64,000 nucleotides of DNA from an uncultured Alphaproteobacteria bacterium (GCA_902587565.1 CACILT010000005.1:10461-74460); one strand, 5' to 3'; shown: positions 1 to 9,992, counted from the first letter of the stretch. A program made the numbers and translations. The notes: generated by a model from the letters alone, not told the origin.

Positions 1-1223
1 CTTTTATTGCAATCTCTTTTACTGTAATTTCTTCTGTAGCTTCTGCAGAAATAACAATAACTTGGCCGTCTATTTGGGTTGGAAAAGACTCAAAGACTAC
101 AGTTATTGGAGAGCTAATAGATGAATTTAATGCAGCAAATGCAGGTTCAATAAAAGTAGTGGTTGAAGAACAAACTGACTACGACATTTATGCTCAAAAA
201 CTAACTGCTCAGATAGCGACAGGTGAATTACCTGACATAATGACAGTTGGTGCTCAGCTTTTAGATGTTTTACATAGAAGTGGGAAAGCAATGGATCTTG
301 CTCCTCATATAAATTCAGATCCACATTGGAATAATGTATATCCAGAAAATGCACTTCAATCTGCTATGACTGATGGAGTTCTTTCAGCATTGCCATACGA
401 ACTTTTCGTAACTCCTGTTACTTATAATAAAAAAATATTAAAGGAAGCAGGTTATGATGAGTTCCCTGACAATTATGATGATTTTTTCAAAATGTGTGAA
501 GCAGTTACTGCTAATGGTAAAGTTTGTACATCTCAAATGACTGGTAAAAATGGTTGGACATCAATGTTATGGTATTCACAAGCACTAGCTTCTGCAGGTG
601 GACCTGATATTTATGAAAAAGGTCTCGACCACCCAGCGTATGTCAAAGCTTTTGAAGTTATGGAAAAAATGTATCAATACACAACTAGTGATGCCATTGG
701 TGCAGATGCAGGTGTTTCAGGAGGTCATTTCCTAAATGAAAGAACTGCAGTATTTATGAATGGTCCTTGGTTTATTGCACGATACACTTCTGACGGTATA
801 CCTGGCCTACATGAAAATATAGGTGTCGCTGCTGCTCCCATGTTAATGGGTGGTGAAGGTTCACCTGGAGGTTATGTAGGTGGTAGACAATCATCATTAG
901 CTGCAGGTAAACAATCTGATCCTGCAAAAGAAGAAGCAATAGTTAAGTTTTTAAAGTGGTTAACTATTCCTGAAAATGTTGCAAGGCTATCTTATAGTTC
1001 AGGTGCGATGTTCATTGTTAATGCTGATCTACCTAATGATATGGATAGACTATTCATAGAAATGAAACAGGGAATAAGTGACGCTCCTTATGTTGCTCCT
1101 ATCTTTCAAAATGGAATTGGCTCTTTAGCGGTAGCTAGTGAATTTCCACAAGCATTGTCTGCTTTAGCTTTAGGTGATGTTACACCTGAAGGTGCAGTAG
1201 AAATGCTACAAGACGCTGAATAA
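1..1223 (+). CDS. ABC transporter substrate-binding protein, carbohydrate (family-1 SBP) type; 5' end cut by window edge
   Basis: The frame of ORF 159..1223 stays open back to nt 3. It reads FIAISFTVISSVASAEITITWPSIWVGKDSK, the end of a signal peptide plus a mature N-terminus, so the GTG at 159 is internal. Two MalF/MalG-type permease genes follow directly. Confidence 0.85.
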   Translation, partial: FIAISFTVISSVASAEITITWPSIWVGKDSKTTVIGELIDEFNAANAGSIKVVVEEQTDYDIYAQKLTAQIATGELPDIMTVGAQLLDVLHRSGKAMDLAPHINSDPHWNNVYPENALQSAMTDGVLSALPYELFVTPVTYNKKILKEAGYDEFPDNYDDFFKMCEAVTANGKVCTSQMTGKNGWTSMLWYSQALASAGGPDIYEKGLDHPAYVKAFEVMEKMYQYTTSDAIGADAGVSGGHFLNERTAVFMNGPWFIARYTSDGIPGLHENIGVAAAPMLMGGEGSPGGYVGGRQSSLAAGKQSDPAKEEAIVKFLKWLTIPENVARLSYSSGAMFIVNADLPNDMDRLFIEMKQGISDAPYVAPIFQNGIGSLAVASEFPQALSALALGDVTPEGAVEMLQDAE

Positions 1224-1234
1224 TAACTTAACAA

Positions 1235-1266
1235 CTATGAGGTATTTTTATACCTCATAGTTTTTT
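1235..1266 (+). terminator. Intrinsic-terminator-like hairpin between SBP and permease genes (likely attenuating/stabilising element)
   Basis: Arm ctatgaggtat (1235-1245), loop tttt, arm atacctcatag (1250-1260): a perfect 11-bp stem followed by tttttt (1261-1266). It sits in the 47-nt gap after the SBP stop codon. Confidence 0.6.
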
Positions 1267-1270
1267 ACCT

Positions 1271-2143
1271 ATGAAAATAAAAAAAGATGAGGTTGGTTGG
1301 TTATTATTATTTATTGCACCTACCTTAATTCTTTTCACACTTTTTTTTATTTTACCAATTTTATTTCTATTAGCGAGTAGCTTTACAAATTGGGATGGTA
1401 TTGATGCAGAATTTGTTGGGTTTGAAAACTACATTAAATTATTTAATAAAAAAAGCTTTGTAAGGGCAATTACAAATAACTTATATTGGTGCATCACTGC
1501 AGCACTTATTACCGTTCCGTTAGGTCTGATTATAGCATTACTCTTGTCTCATCGATCAAGGGGATGGAAAGTTTTTAGAACAGTCCTATTTGTGCCACAA
1601 GTTGTATCATCAGCAGCCATAGCGATGCTTTGGGCAGCTGTTTTTAATGCTGAATATGGACTATTAAATTTTATTTTGGATAACATAGGTTTATCTGATT
1701 ATAAAAACCATAATTGGTTAGGAAATGTAAGAACTGCAAATGCTGCATTAATTGGGTTTTCTTTGTGCTACGTTGGTTATTTTATGGTTATCATGTTAGC
1801 AAAAACAGCAAGCATATCAGAAGATTATTACGACGCCGCAAAGATAGATGGAGCAAGTCAAATTCAAAAAGATTTTTATATTACAGCTCCTTTAATTAAG
1901 AGCACATTTTTTCTTTGCATCATTTTAGCTGTAATCTTTAATTTAAGACAATTTGAATATGTTTATCTTATGACTGCTGGCGGTCCAGCAAATAAAACTC
2001 AAGTACTTGTAGTTTATATTTGGAATGAGTTAACTGTTCAAAGACTTGGAAGAGGAAGTGCCGCAGGAGTTATAATGATTGCATTGGGAGCTATGTTACT
2101 TCTTTTACTTCGTAGAATATTAAAAAGTGAGACTTATAACTAA
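1271..2143 (+). CDS. Carbohydrate ABC transporter permease (MalF/UgpA-like)
   Basis: 290 aa, multi-TM protein. It carries the EAA-loop-like region SEDYYDAAKIDGASQIQKDFYITAPL typical of CUT1 permeases, and sits in an operon with the SBP. Confidence 0.9.
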   Translation: MKIKKDEVGWLLLFIAPTLILFTLFFILPILFLLASSFTNWDGIDAEFVGFENYIKLFNKKSFVRAITNNLYWCITAALITVPLGLIIALLLSHRSRGWKVFRTVLFVPQVVSSAAIAMLWAAVFNAEYGLLNFILDNIGLSDYKNHNWLGNVRTANAALIGFSLCYVGYFMVIMLAKTASISEDYYDAAKIDGASQIQKDFYITAPLIKSTFFLCIILAVIFNLRQFEYVYLMTAGGPANKTQVLVVYIWNELTVQRLGRGSAAGVIMIALGAMLLLLLRRILKSETYN

Positions 2144-2144
2144 T

Positions 2145-2981
2145 ATGACTAAGGATAATTCTTTAAATTTCTATTCTATTTTTAAGTGGGTAATAATAAT
2201 TTCTTTTGTTGTATATGCAGTATTCCCATTTCTTTGGTTGGTACTTGCTTCTTTAAAAACAAATGCAGAATTACTTGATAATCCATTTAAGTTACCAAAA
2301 GTTTTCCAATTTCAAAACTATTCAAATGCAATTCAAGAAGCAGGTTTAATTCAACTAATAATTAATTCTTTAGTGATTAGCACCTGCGCTACTTTTTTAA
2401 ATATCCTTTTTGCTTCCATGTGTGCTTTTGCTATAGCCAGACATATTTTTTGGTGGAAAAATGTATTATTTTTAATGATAACAGCTGGTATTTTAGTTCC
2501 TTTAAATGCATTAATAATCCCTTATTATGCAATTATCAATTTTTTAAATCTTTATGACACAAGGCTTGGTCTAATTTTAGTTTACTGTGCAGTTGGACTA
2601 CCTGTATCTACATTTATCTTAACAGAATTTTTTAGAGGAATTCCAAAAGAAATAGAAGAAGCATCATATTTAGATGGTTGTAATTTTGTAGCTCGCTATT
2701 TTAGAATTATGTTGCCATTAGCTCTTCCTGGGTTAGCTACTGCAGGAACGTTTCAGTTCATTTTATGTTGGAATGAATTTATCTACGCAATGCTTTTAAC
2801 TTCTTCAACTGAAATAAGAACAATCCAGTTTGGTATAAGTTATTTTACAAATGAATTTTTCTCTGATTACGTTGGAATGTTTGCAGCAGTAGTAGTTAGT
2901 ATTTTGCCAAGCATTACTGTGTTTATACTTTTCCAAGAGAGAGTAATAACCGGCTTAACAGCTGGATCAGTTAAGGGATAG
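2145..2981 (+). CDS. Carbohydrate ABC transporter permease (MalG/UgpE-like)
   Basis: Multi-TM protein with the EAA loop EIEEASYLDGCNFVARYFRIMLPLALPG. I prefer the ATG at 2145 (MTKDNS), 1 nt after the upstream stop, over the track start at GTG 2127. Confidence 0.9.
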   Translation: MTKDNSLNFYSIFKWVIIISFVVYAVFPFLWLVLASLKTNAELLDNPFKLPKVFQFQNYSNAIQEAGLIQLIINSLVISTCATFLNILFASMCAFAIARHIFWWKNVLFLMITAGILVPLNALIIPYYAIINFLNLYDTRLGLILVYCAVGLPVSTFILTEFFRGIPKEIEEASYLDGCNFVARYFRIMLPLALPGLATAGTFQFILCWNEFIYAMLLTSSTEIRTIQFGISYFTNEFFSDYVGMFAAVVVSILPSITVFILFQERVITGLTAGSVKG

Positions 2982-2988
2982 ATATTTT

Positions 2989-4263
2989 TTGAAACATCCA
3001 AATATTATAAAGATTATTTGCCACGATATTGGAAGACACTTAGGTTGTTATGGAATAAAATCTATCAATTCAAATGCTATAGATACACTAGCCAAAAATG
3101 GTATCTTATTTAAAAACTCATTTTCAACAAGCCCTGGTTGTAGTCCAAGTAGAGCTGCGATAGCTACTGGAATGTATCCTCACAATACAGGTGTATTGGG
3201 GTTAGCACATGCACATTTTGGTTGGAGTCTTGATAAAAAAATTAATCACATCGCAAAATATTTTTCAAAAAATGGTTATACCTCAATACTTTTTGGATTA
3301 CAGCATGTCACCTATCATGAGAAAACACTTGGTTTTAACAAAATTTTTCCAGAGAGACCAGCTGATGAAGTGCTAAAAAATATTACAAAGAATATTGATA
3401 ATAAAATTTTCAAAAAACCTTTTTATGCTGAAGTTAATTTCTTTGAACCTCATCGTCCTTTTGATTATGGAGGTGTTAAGCCAGATAAATCTAAAGGTGT
3501 GTATATTCCTAAATATATACCAAAAAATATTTATAGCCGAAGAGAATTTGCAGAAATGCAAGGAGCAATTAAAAAAATGGATGATACAGTTTTTGAAATA
3601 ATAAACCTTCTAAAGAAAAAAAATCTTTATGAAAATACTATTATAGTTTTTACAACAGATCACGGGATTCCATTTCCCAGAGCAAAAGGAACCCTATATG
3701 ACTCTGGCATTGAAACTTGTCTTATAATTTCTTATCCAAAATTAAAAATAAAAAATAAAAAATTTAGCGAATTAATTACCAATATAGATATTCTACCAAC
3801 TCTATTAGATTTTGCAAAAATTAAAATTCCAAAAGAAATACAAGGTAAAAGTTTTTATCCACTAATATTAAATAAAAAATATTCTGAGAATAATGAAATT
3901 TTTGCTGAAAAAACTTATCATGATCTATTTGATCCAATGCGGTGTGTTCGAAATAAAAATTTTAAATTAATTATAAATTTTGATTCTGATAAAATTATAA
4001 GAGTACCAGGAGATATTATGATGGGGGATACATATAAAACTATGTTGGGGCAAATTATTAATATTCGAGAACGCTATGAATTATATGATATAAATAGAGA
4101 TAAATTTGAAAGAAAAAATTTAGCTAATAGTAAAAAATATAAAAGTATTAAGCGCGAACTATTGAGAAAAATTGTAAGATGGATGAAAAAAACTAAAGAT
4201 CCTTTATTGAAAAAGCAAATAAAATCACCTTTTTTCCTTGATACACTAAAGCAACTAAAATAG
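2989..4263 (+). CDS. Sulfatase family protein (Cys-type, formylglycine-dependent), no signal peptide
   Basis: The N-terminus PNIIKIICHDIG is the sulfatase metal-binding start. SPGCSPSRAAIATG matches the C-x-P-x-R maturation motif, and TTDHG is present. TTG start 7 nt after the permease stop. No hydrophobic leader. Confidence 0.85.
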   Translation: MKHPNIIKIICHDIGRHLGCYGIKSINSNAIDTLAKNGILFKNSFSTSPGCSPSRAAIATGMYPHNTGVLGLAHAHFGWSLDKKINHIAKYFSKNGYTSILFGLQHVTYHEKTLGFNKIFPERPADEVLKNITKNIDNKIFKKPFYAEVNFFEPHRPFDYGGVKPDKSKGVYIPKYIPKNIYSRREFAEMQGAIKKMDDTVFEIINLLKKKNLYENTIIVFTTDHGIPFPRAKGTLYDSGIETCLIISYPKLKIKNKKFSELITNIDILPTLLDFAKIKIPKEIQGKSFYPLILNKKYSENNEIFAEKTYHDLFDPMRCVRNKNFKLIINFDSDKIIRVPGDIMMGDTYKTMLGQIINIRERYELYDINRDKFERKNLANSKKYKSIKRELLRKIVRWMKKTKDPLLKKQIKSPFFLDTLKQLK

Positions 4264-4274
4264 ACTTTTAAGGT

Positions 4275-4967
4275 ATGAAATCATTTGTAAATAAAAAAAT
4301 ATTTATAGAATCAAATGAATACACTTATAGAGTTGAACATTTAACACTTGAGGGTACATGTTCAACTGATCATGGTCCAAGAAATGTTAAAATTAAAAAT
4401 TTGTTAGTTGATAAATATCCAGTCACTAATCAACAATATTCCTTTTTTTTAATAAAAACCGGTTATCAACCAAAAGACTCACAAAGATTTTTAGAACACA
4501 AACCAAATAAAAAAATATCTAATCTTCCTGTTGTGTTTGTTTCTCAAAATGATGCAATTGCATATGCTAAATGGGTTGGCGGACGTCTTCCAACTGATGA
4601 AGAATGGCAATATATTGCAGCTGGTCCAAAATATCTTGACTGGCCATGGGGTAACAAGTTTAATTCTTCATTATGTAATCATGATGGCAATAAACTTGAA
4701 TCCGTTAATGCATATAGAAAAGGAGAAAGTTGGTGTGGCTGTGTAGACATGAGTGGGAATTGTTGGGAGTGGACTGCAGGTATTCATGATGATGGTAATC
4801 ACCAATTTGCTTTATTAAGAGGAGGAAGTTATTTCTATGCACATGATCATTGGCATGTTGGAGGAGGTGCGAGAAAAAATAATTATCATTGGAAATTACA
4901 AATATTAAATGAAGGAATGAACAGGGCTGCCACTCTTGGTTTTCGATGTGTTTATGATGCAAAATAA
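4275..4967 (+). CDS. FGE-sulfatase (SUMF1/EgtB/PvdO) domain protein, non-canonical (catalytic Cys pair absent)
   Basis: Motifs present: YPVTNQQY, RLPTDEEWQY, PWGN, GNCWEWT, LLRGGSYF, LGFRCVYD. The segment after GGSYF reads YAHDHWHVGGG, where genuine FGEs carry C-x4-C. Confidence 0.8.
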   Translation: MKSFVNKKIFIESNEYTYRVEHLTLEGTCSTDHGPRNVKIKNLLVDKYPVTNQQYSFFLIKTGYQPKDSQRFLEHKPNKKISNLPVVFVSQNDAIAYAKWVGGRLPTDEEWQYIAAGPKYLDWPWGNKFNSSLCNHDGNKLESVNAYRKGESWCGCVDMSGNCWEWTAGIHDDGNHQFALLRGGSYFYAHDHWHVGGGARKNNYHWKLQILNEGMNRAATLGFRCVYDAK

Positions 4968-6765
4968 ATTTAAAGATAAAAAAAAGTTTATAGATTTTTC
5001 ATTAGGTAGTTTGAACTTATCCCTAGTTGTAGATAAAAACATTCTCTTAAAAAAATTAAATTTTATAAAAAATATTAATAATGAACTATTTAGTATTCGA
5101 GTTGAAAATAAATTAATTCCAAGAAATAAGTATAAAATAGAAAAAGTCTTTAAAAAAACTGATGTTAACTTCACCGTCATTTCAATAGATTTTTCACAAA
5201 ATTTTGGAAATGATTTCTTTAAAGGAAGAATATCTTTTGTTCAGAAGAAAAAAAATATTACTGACTTTATTTTTCAACTATCTGCTAGATGGCATAAAGA
5301 TATTCCGAAGAAAGTGCTCTTAAAATTTCCATTTCTAATTAACATGCATAAAAATAAAAATTTCTTAAAGCCAGGTGATATTTTTGATGGAAAAATAAGA
5401 ATAAATAAAGGCGTTTGGAATTTACACGAATATCCACCCTCAATAATATCTGATAATTTAGGAAATCAATGTTTAGGTTTTGAATTTTACGATCAATTCC
5501 CTTGGCAGGCGAACTATAATCTTGGGATTAGTGAAGCTATATCAAATGAAAATTTTGAAAAGCTTGAAACTGAAGTTCAATTAACACGTGAATTAACAGA
5601 TATCATTTTAATGAAAATTTACACAAGCTCTCAAGGAAGAGAAAAAATTTTCAGTCTTTGGAAAGAAAATACCAGAGAAAGATATGACCTAAGAAAATAC
5701 CATGATAGTCAAAATAGATGGATAAAAAAAAATTATCTTCAACACTTTATGTTTGCTTATGGAGAAGAGGCTTTTGATTATAAAAAAATGGAATTTAAAA
5801 TTATTCAAATCATTAAAGAAGGGAAAGAATTTGGTGGTTATGATTCAATTTTATTTTGGCACCAGTATCCGAGATTGGGTTTAGACGAAAGTAATCAATG
5901 GCAATTATATAAATATTTACCAAAAAATTATAAAACTATAAAAAAAATTGTTGATATTTGTCATTCATATAATATTAAATTTTTTATTCCTTTTAAACCA
6001 TGGGATATTAGATCTAATGAAAGCTTAGATAGTCACGCCAAATCTTTAGAAAAATTTATTAAAGCAACAAGTATCGATGGTTTTTTTCTTGATACAATGT
6101 CTTCTTTACCTGATTCATTTTTAAAAATTCAAAAAAAATTTCCTTCATTTGAATTTTGTTCAGAAGGTACACCTAGAGAACAAAGGCAAATTGAAACCTT
6201 AACAAGTTCATGGGATCAAATTGGTGATATTAGAAGGAATTTTACAGTTGAGATAAATTCAAATTTTTTTCGTTTTCTTTTTCCAGAACATCCGCTTAAT
6301 CTTGTTTCTCGATGGAGTGTTGGATCAGACAAGGACTTATTAATTAAAAGAGCAGCTTTTAATGGAATGGGAATGGTTATTTGGCAAGATATTTTTGGTT
6401 GCTGGCTTCCATTTAGTATTGAACAAAAAAAGAAGATAAAATCATTAAAATATATTCTTAAAAAATATCATAAATGTTTTTTTGGGAATAATTCAATTCC
6501 ATTAATACAAACTTTATCTAAAAAGATTATTTGCAATGAGTTTTCAAATTCATTTTCAAAACAAAAAATCTATTCTATTTATAACTTTGGTTCAAATAAA
6601 ATTAAAGGAAGAATTTTAAAACTTCCCTCAGCTGTAAAAGAATTTAAACAAATTTATGGAAAAGATGCAAATATTAAAATTGAAAAAAATCAAAATTTTT
6701 TTTATTTGTTAGCAAATCTAGATATTGATGATGTAATTCTTCTTAATATTAAATTTGATATTTGA
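4954..6765 (+). CDS. Hypothetical protein (~603 aa), possible TIM-barrel glycoside-hydrolase-like enzyme
   Basis: Long uninterrupted ORF. The ATG at 4954 overlaps the upstream stop by 14 nt, indicating translational coupling. No signal peptide. I recognise no family; the segment KATSIDGFFLDTMSS...FCSEG resembles barrel beta-strand motifs only loosely. Confidence 0.6.
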   Translation: MMQNKFKDKKKFIDFSLGSLNLSLVVDKNILLKKLNFIKNINNELFSIRVENKLIPRNKYKIEKVFKKTDVNFTVISIDFSQNFGNDFFKGRISFVQKKKNITDFIFQLSARWHKDIPKKVLLKFPFLINMHKNKNFLKPGDIFDGKIRINKGVWNLHEYPPSIISDNLGNQCLGFEFYDQFPWQANYNLGISEAISNENFEKLETEVQLTRELTDIILMKIYTSSQGREKIFSLWKENTRERYDLRKYHDSQNRWIKKNYLQHFMFAYGEEAFDYKKMEFKIIQIIKEGKEFGGYDSILFWHQYPRLGLDESNQWQLYKYLPKNYKTIKKIVDICHSYNIKFFIPFKPWDIRSNESLDSHAKSLEKFIKATSIDGFFLDTMSSLPDSFLKIQKKFPSFEFCSEGTPREQRQIETLTSSWDQIGDIRRNFTVEINSNFFRFLFPEHPLNLVSRWSVGSDKDLLIKRAAFNGMGMVIWQDIFGCWLPFSIEQKKKIKSLKYILKKYHKCFFGNNSIPLIQTLSKKIICNEFSNSFSKQKIYSIYNFGSNKIKGRILKLPSAVKEFKQIYGKDANIKIEKNQNFFYLLANLDIDDVILLNIKFDI

Positions 6766-6772
6766 TAAAAAA

Positions 6773-7957
6773 TTAGCTTACTGCTTTTATGATACCTCTC
6801 AATTCTGATAGCCCCATCATTCTTCCAATTGCTGTATAACCAGGATTTATAGATTTTTTAAATTGATCATCTAGCAAACAATGTCCATGATCCGGTCTCA
6901 TTGGAATTTCAACTTTTTTATTTTTACTTCTTCTTTTTTCTTCTTTTAAAATTAGTTTTATTAATTTGACAAAATCAACATCTCCACTTAGATGATTTGT
7001 CTCATAGAAACTTTTTCTATCTTTACCAATTTTTACATTTCTTAAATGAATAAAGTTTATTTTCTTTTTAAAAGTTTCAAAAATTTTGTAAATATTATTA
7101 TTAATGTTTGATGCTAGTGAACCTGAACAAAATGCCATACCATTTGATAGCGAATCATATGAATCTAAAATATACTTATAGTCTTTTAGATTAGAAGCAA
7201 TTTTGGGTATTCCAAAAAGTGCTACTGGTGGATCATCTGGATGAAGAGTCATTTTTACTTTACATTCCTCTGCAACGGGTATGATTTCTCTTACAAAATC
7301 AATTAAATTTTCTTGTAATTCTTTTTTTTGGTAATTTTTATATGCATCAATCATATTTTTAAATTCATTTATAGAGTATTTTTTTTCAGATGCTGGTAGT
7401 CCACCCATTACTGCAATCTTCAAATTTTGAATATCTTTTTTACTCATTTTCTTAAACATCATTTCAGCTTCTTTAATTTCTTTAGAAGAGTATCTAGATT
7501 CAACATCATTCAATTTTAAAATAAAAACTTCAAATATAATGATGTGTTGATAATTAAATTTTAAAGCTAAACCTTCTGTTGGAAGTTTAAAGTCTAATTG
7601 TGTTCTTGTCCAATCAACTATTGGCATAAAATTATAACAAATTGTTTTAATATTGTTTTTAGAAACATTTGATATAGAATCTTTGTAGTTATTAATTAGT
7701 TTTCTAAAATTTTTATGTCTTAATTTAATGTCATTATGAACTGGAATACTTTCAACTACATTCCATTTTAGATTAATATTATTTGCATTATTATATTTAT
7801 TTATAAAATCAATTCTCTTTCTAACATCATTTTTAGACCATTTTTCTCCATATGGAATTTGATGTAACGATGTTACAATATATTCAGCATTTGATTGCCT
7901 AATATCTGAAAGACTAACAGGGTCATCAGGTCCGTACCATCTAAAAGAATTTTGCAT
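6773..7957 (-). CDS. uxuA: Mannonate dehydratase
   Basis: The N-terminus MQNSFRWYGPDDPVSLSDIRQ closely follows the E. coli UxuA start (WRWYGPNDPVSLADVRQ). Also present: CYNFMPIVDWTRT, HPDDPP, PMRPDHGH, NPGYTAIGR. Length 394 aa, as in UxuA. Confidence 0.92.
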   Translation of the reverse strand: MQNSFRWYGPDDPVSLSDIRQSNAEYIVTSLHQIPYGEKWSKNDVRKRIDFINKYNNANNINLKWNVVESIPVHNDIKLRHKNFRKLINNYKDSISNVSKNNIKTICYNFMPIVDWTRTQLDFKLPTEGLALKFNYQHIIIFEVFILKLNDVESRYSSKEIKEAEMMFKKMSKKDIQNLKIAVMGGLPASEKKYSINEFKNMIDAYKNYQKKELQENLIDFVREIIPVAEECKVKMTLHPDDPPVALFGIPKIASNLKDYKYILDSYDSLSNGMAFCSGSLASNINNNIYKIFETFKKKINFIHLRNVKIGKDRKSFYETNHLSGDVDFVKLIKLILKEEKRRSKNKKVEIPMRPDHGHCLLDDQFKKSINPGYTAIGRMMGLSELRGIIKAVS

Positions 7958-8007
7958 AAGACTTTTATATCTGATAAATTTACATTTAAAATAACTTCTT
8001 TGAAAAT

Positions 8008-9006
8008 ATGCAAAAAAGAAATTTAGGTAATACAGATATTCAGCTTACATCAATTGGATTTGGTGGAGCGCCTCTTGGAAATTTATTTGAAGAACTTAAC
8101 GAGCCTGAATGTTTTAATATTGTTAAAAAATCCTATGAAATGAATATAAATCTTTTCGATACTTCACCTTTATATGGTTATGGTCTCAGTGAACATAGAC
8201 TTGGGAATTTTCTAAAAAGTATTGATCCAGATAAATACTATCTTTCTACAAAGGTAGGTAGATATCTCAGTCCAAAAAGAAATTATTTTAAGGAAGGAAA
8301 ATTTAAAGGTCACATAAATTTTGAACCCAATCTTGATTATTCATATGATGGAGTGATGAGATCATTTGATCAATCAATTCACCGCTTAGCAGTTTCTAAA
8401 ATTGATATTTGTTTAATTCATGATGTAGACAGATATAATTTTGGCAAAGATGTAGATGTATATTTCAAGCAAGCAATGGAAGGAGCTTACAAAGCATTAA
8501 ACTCACTTAAAGAACAAAAAGTTATTAAAGCTATTGGAGTTGGATTAAACGATGCAGATATCTGTGCAAAATTTGCTAATGAAGGAGATTTTGATTGTAT
8601 GTTACTTGCAGGAAGATACACGCTCATAGATCAAAGTGCTCTTGATGAATTTTTTCCAATAGCAAAAAAAAATAACATTGGAATAATTCTTGGAGGTGTA
8701 TTTAATTCAGGCATACTAGCAAAGGGTATTGGTGATAATGTAACTTATTGGTATGATAAAATACCACCTGAAATTAAAGAAAAATACAAAAAAATTTCTC
8801 TTGTTTGTCAAAACCATGATGTCCCTGTACCTGCTGCGGCTCTTCAATTTTCCTACTCTAATAAATTAATTTCATCTATGATATTAGGTATAGATAGAGT
8901 AGAACAATTAGAACAGAATTATAAGTATTTAAATTATCCTATTCCAAAAAAACTATGGAGTGATTTGATTAAAGAAAATCTTATTGATGAAAGATGTATG
9001 ATTTAA
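8008..9006 (+). CDS. Aldo/keto reductase family oxidoreductase
   Basis: 332 aa. It has the AKR N-terminus LGNTDIQLTSIGFGGAPLG, FDTSPLYGYGLSE, and a catalytic-region HD in ICLIHDVD. Confidence 0.85.
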   Translation: MQKRNLGNTDIQLTSIGFGGAPLGNLFEELNEPECFNIVKKSYEMNINLFDTSPLYGYGLSEHRLGNFLKSIDPDKYYLSTKVGRYLSPKRNYFKEGKFKGHINFEPNLDYSYDGVMRSFDQSIHRLAVSKIDICLIHDVDRYNFGKDVDVYFKQAMEGAYKALNSLKEQKVIKAIGVGLNDADICAKFANEGDFDCMLLAGRYTLIDQSALDEFFPIAKKNNIGIILGGVFNSGILAKGIGDNVTYWYDKIPPEIKEKYKKISLVCQNHDVPVPAAALQFSYSNKLISSMILGIDRVEQLEQNYKYLNYPIPKKLWSDLIKENLIDERCMI

Positions 9007-9944
9007 TTATTAACTTTTGTCATTGTACACAACATTTCAAAAGCAACTGAAGCTGCAACTAAAGAAGTCATATTATTTACATCAAATGGTGGTGATACCT
9101 CTACAACATCCCCACCTACAAAATTGATTTTATTTAGTGCTCTTATAATAGTTTGTGCCTCTCTCACATTAAAGCCTCCAACCTCGGGAGTTCCAGTACC
9201 AGGAGCAAAAGTTGGGTCTATTCCGTCTATATCAAATGTAAAGTAAGTATCTGTTGTGGCTAGAACTTCATATATTTTTTTAATACATTTATTAAATCCC
9301 ATTTCATAATAATCATCTATAGTAATTATAGTTACCCCCTGTTCTTTAGCCCATTTCATATCATCTGGATCATACAAAGATCCTCGAAGACCAAGGATTA
9401 CATATTTTTTGGGATCTATAAGATTTTCTTCAATAGCTCTTCTAAAAGGTGTTCCATGAGTATATTTGAAGCCTCCAAAATAAGTGTCCCAAGTATCAGA
9501 ATGAGAATCAAACTGAAATAAACCAATTGGTTTTTCTTTAGCAATACCTCTAAGAATTGGTAGGGTAATTAAATGATCACCTCCAATTGATAATGGTATT
9601 GTTTTGGAATTATAAATATTTGAGTAAAATTTTTCTATTTTATCTAAACTATCATTTAAGTCAGCTGGATTTACCGGGCAATCACCAATATCCGCAATAT
9701 TAAATTTATCATAAGGACTTTTAAGTGATACGGGATGATAAAGCCTTACAAGTGATGATGCATTTCTAATTTCTCTTGGCCCATGTCTAGCTCCAGGTCT
9801 ATTAGTAGTTCCTCCATCCCATGGAACACCTGCAATACAGTATTCTAATTTACTTAAATCTTTAACTATAGGTAATCGAAAAAAAGTAGCAACATCAGCA
9901 AAGCGAGGAGTTTGCATACTAGATAAAGGTTTAATTTGAGTCAT
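9003..9944 (-). CDS. Ureohydrolase family protein (agmatinase / guanidino-acid hydrolase)
   Basis: Arginase-fold Mn-ligand motifs are present: GGDHLITLP, FDSHSDTW (DxHxD) and FDIDGIDP (DxD). Substrate cannot be decided from sequence alone. Confidence 0.85.
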   Translation of the reverse strand: MTQIKPLSSMQTPRFADVATFFRLPIVKDLSKLEYCIAGVPWDGGTTNRPGARHGPREIRNASSLVRLYHPVSLKSPYDKFNIADIGDCPVNPADLNDSLDKIEKFYSNIYNSKTIPLSIGGDHLITLPILRGIAKEKPIGLFQFDSHSDTWDTYFGGFKYTHGTPFRRAIEENLIDPKKYVILGLRGSLYDPDDMKWAKEQGVTIITIDDYYEMGFNKCIKKIYEVLATTDTYFTFDIDGIDPTFAPGTGTPEVGGFNVREAQTIIRALNKINFVGGDVVEVSPPFDVNNMTSLVAASVAFEMLCTMTKVNN

Positions 9945-9992
9945 AAAAGTATCTTATGATATATAGAGTTAGATTATACAAGACAAATTAAT

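Noticed and set aside
1-2981. The missing ATPase gene in the sugar ABC operon as an anomaly.
   Set aside because: CUT1-type sugar importers commonly use a shared MsiK/UgpC-type ATPase encoded elsewhere. The operon's 5' end is also outside the window.
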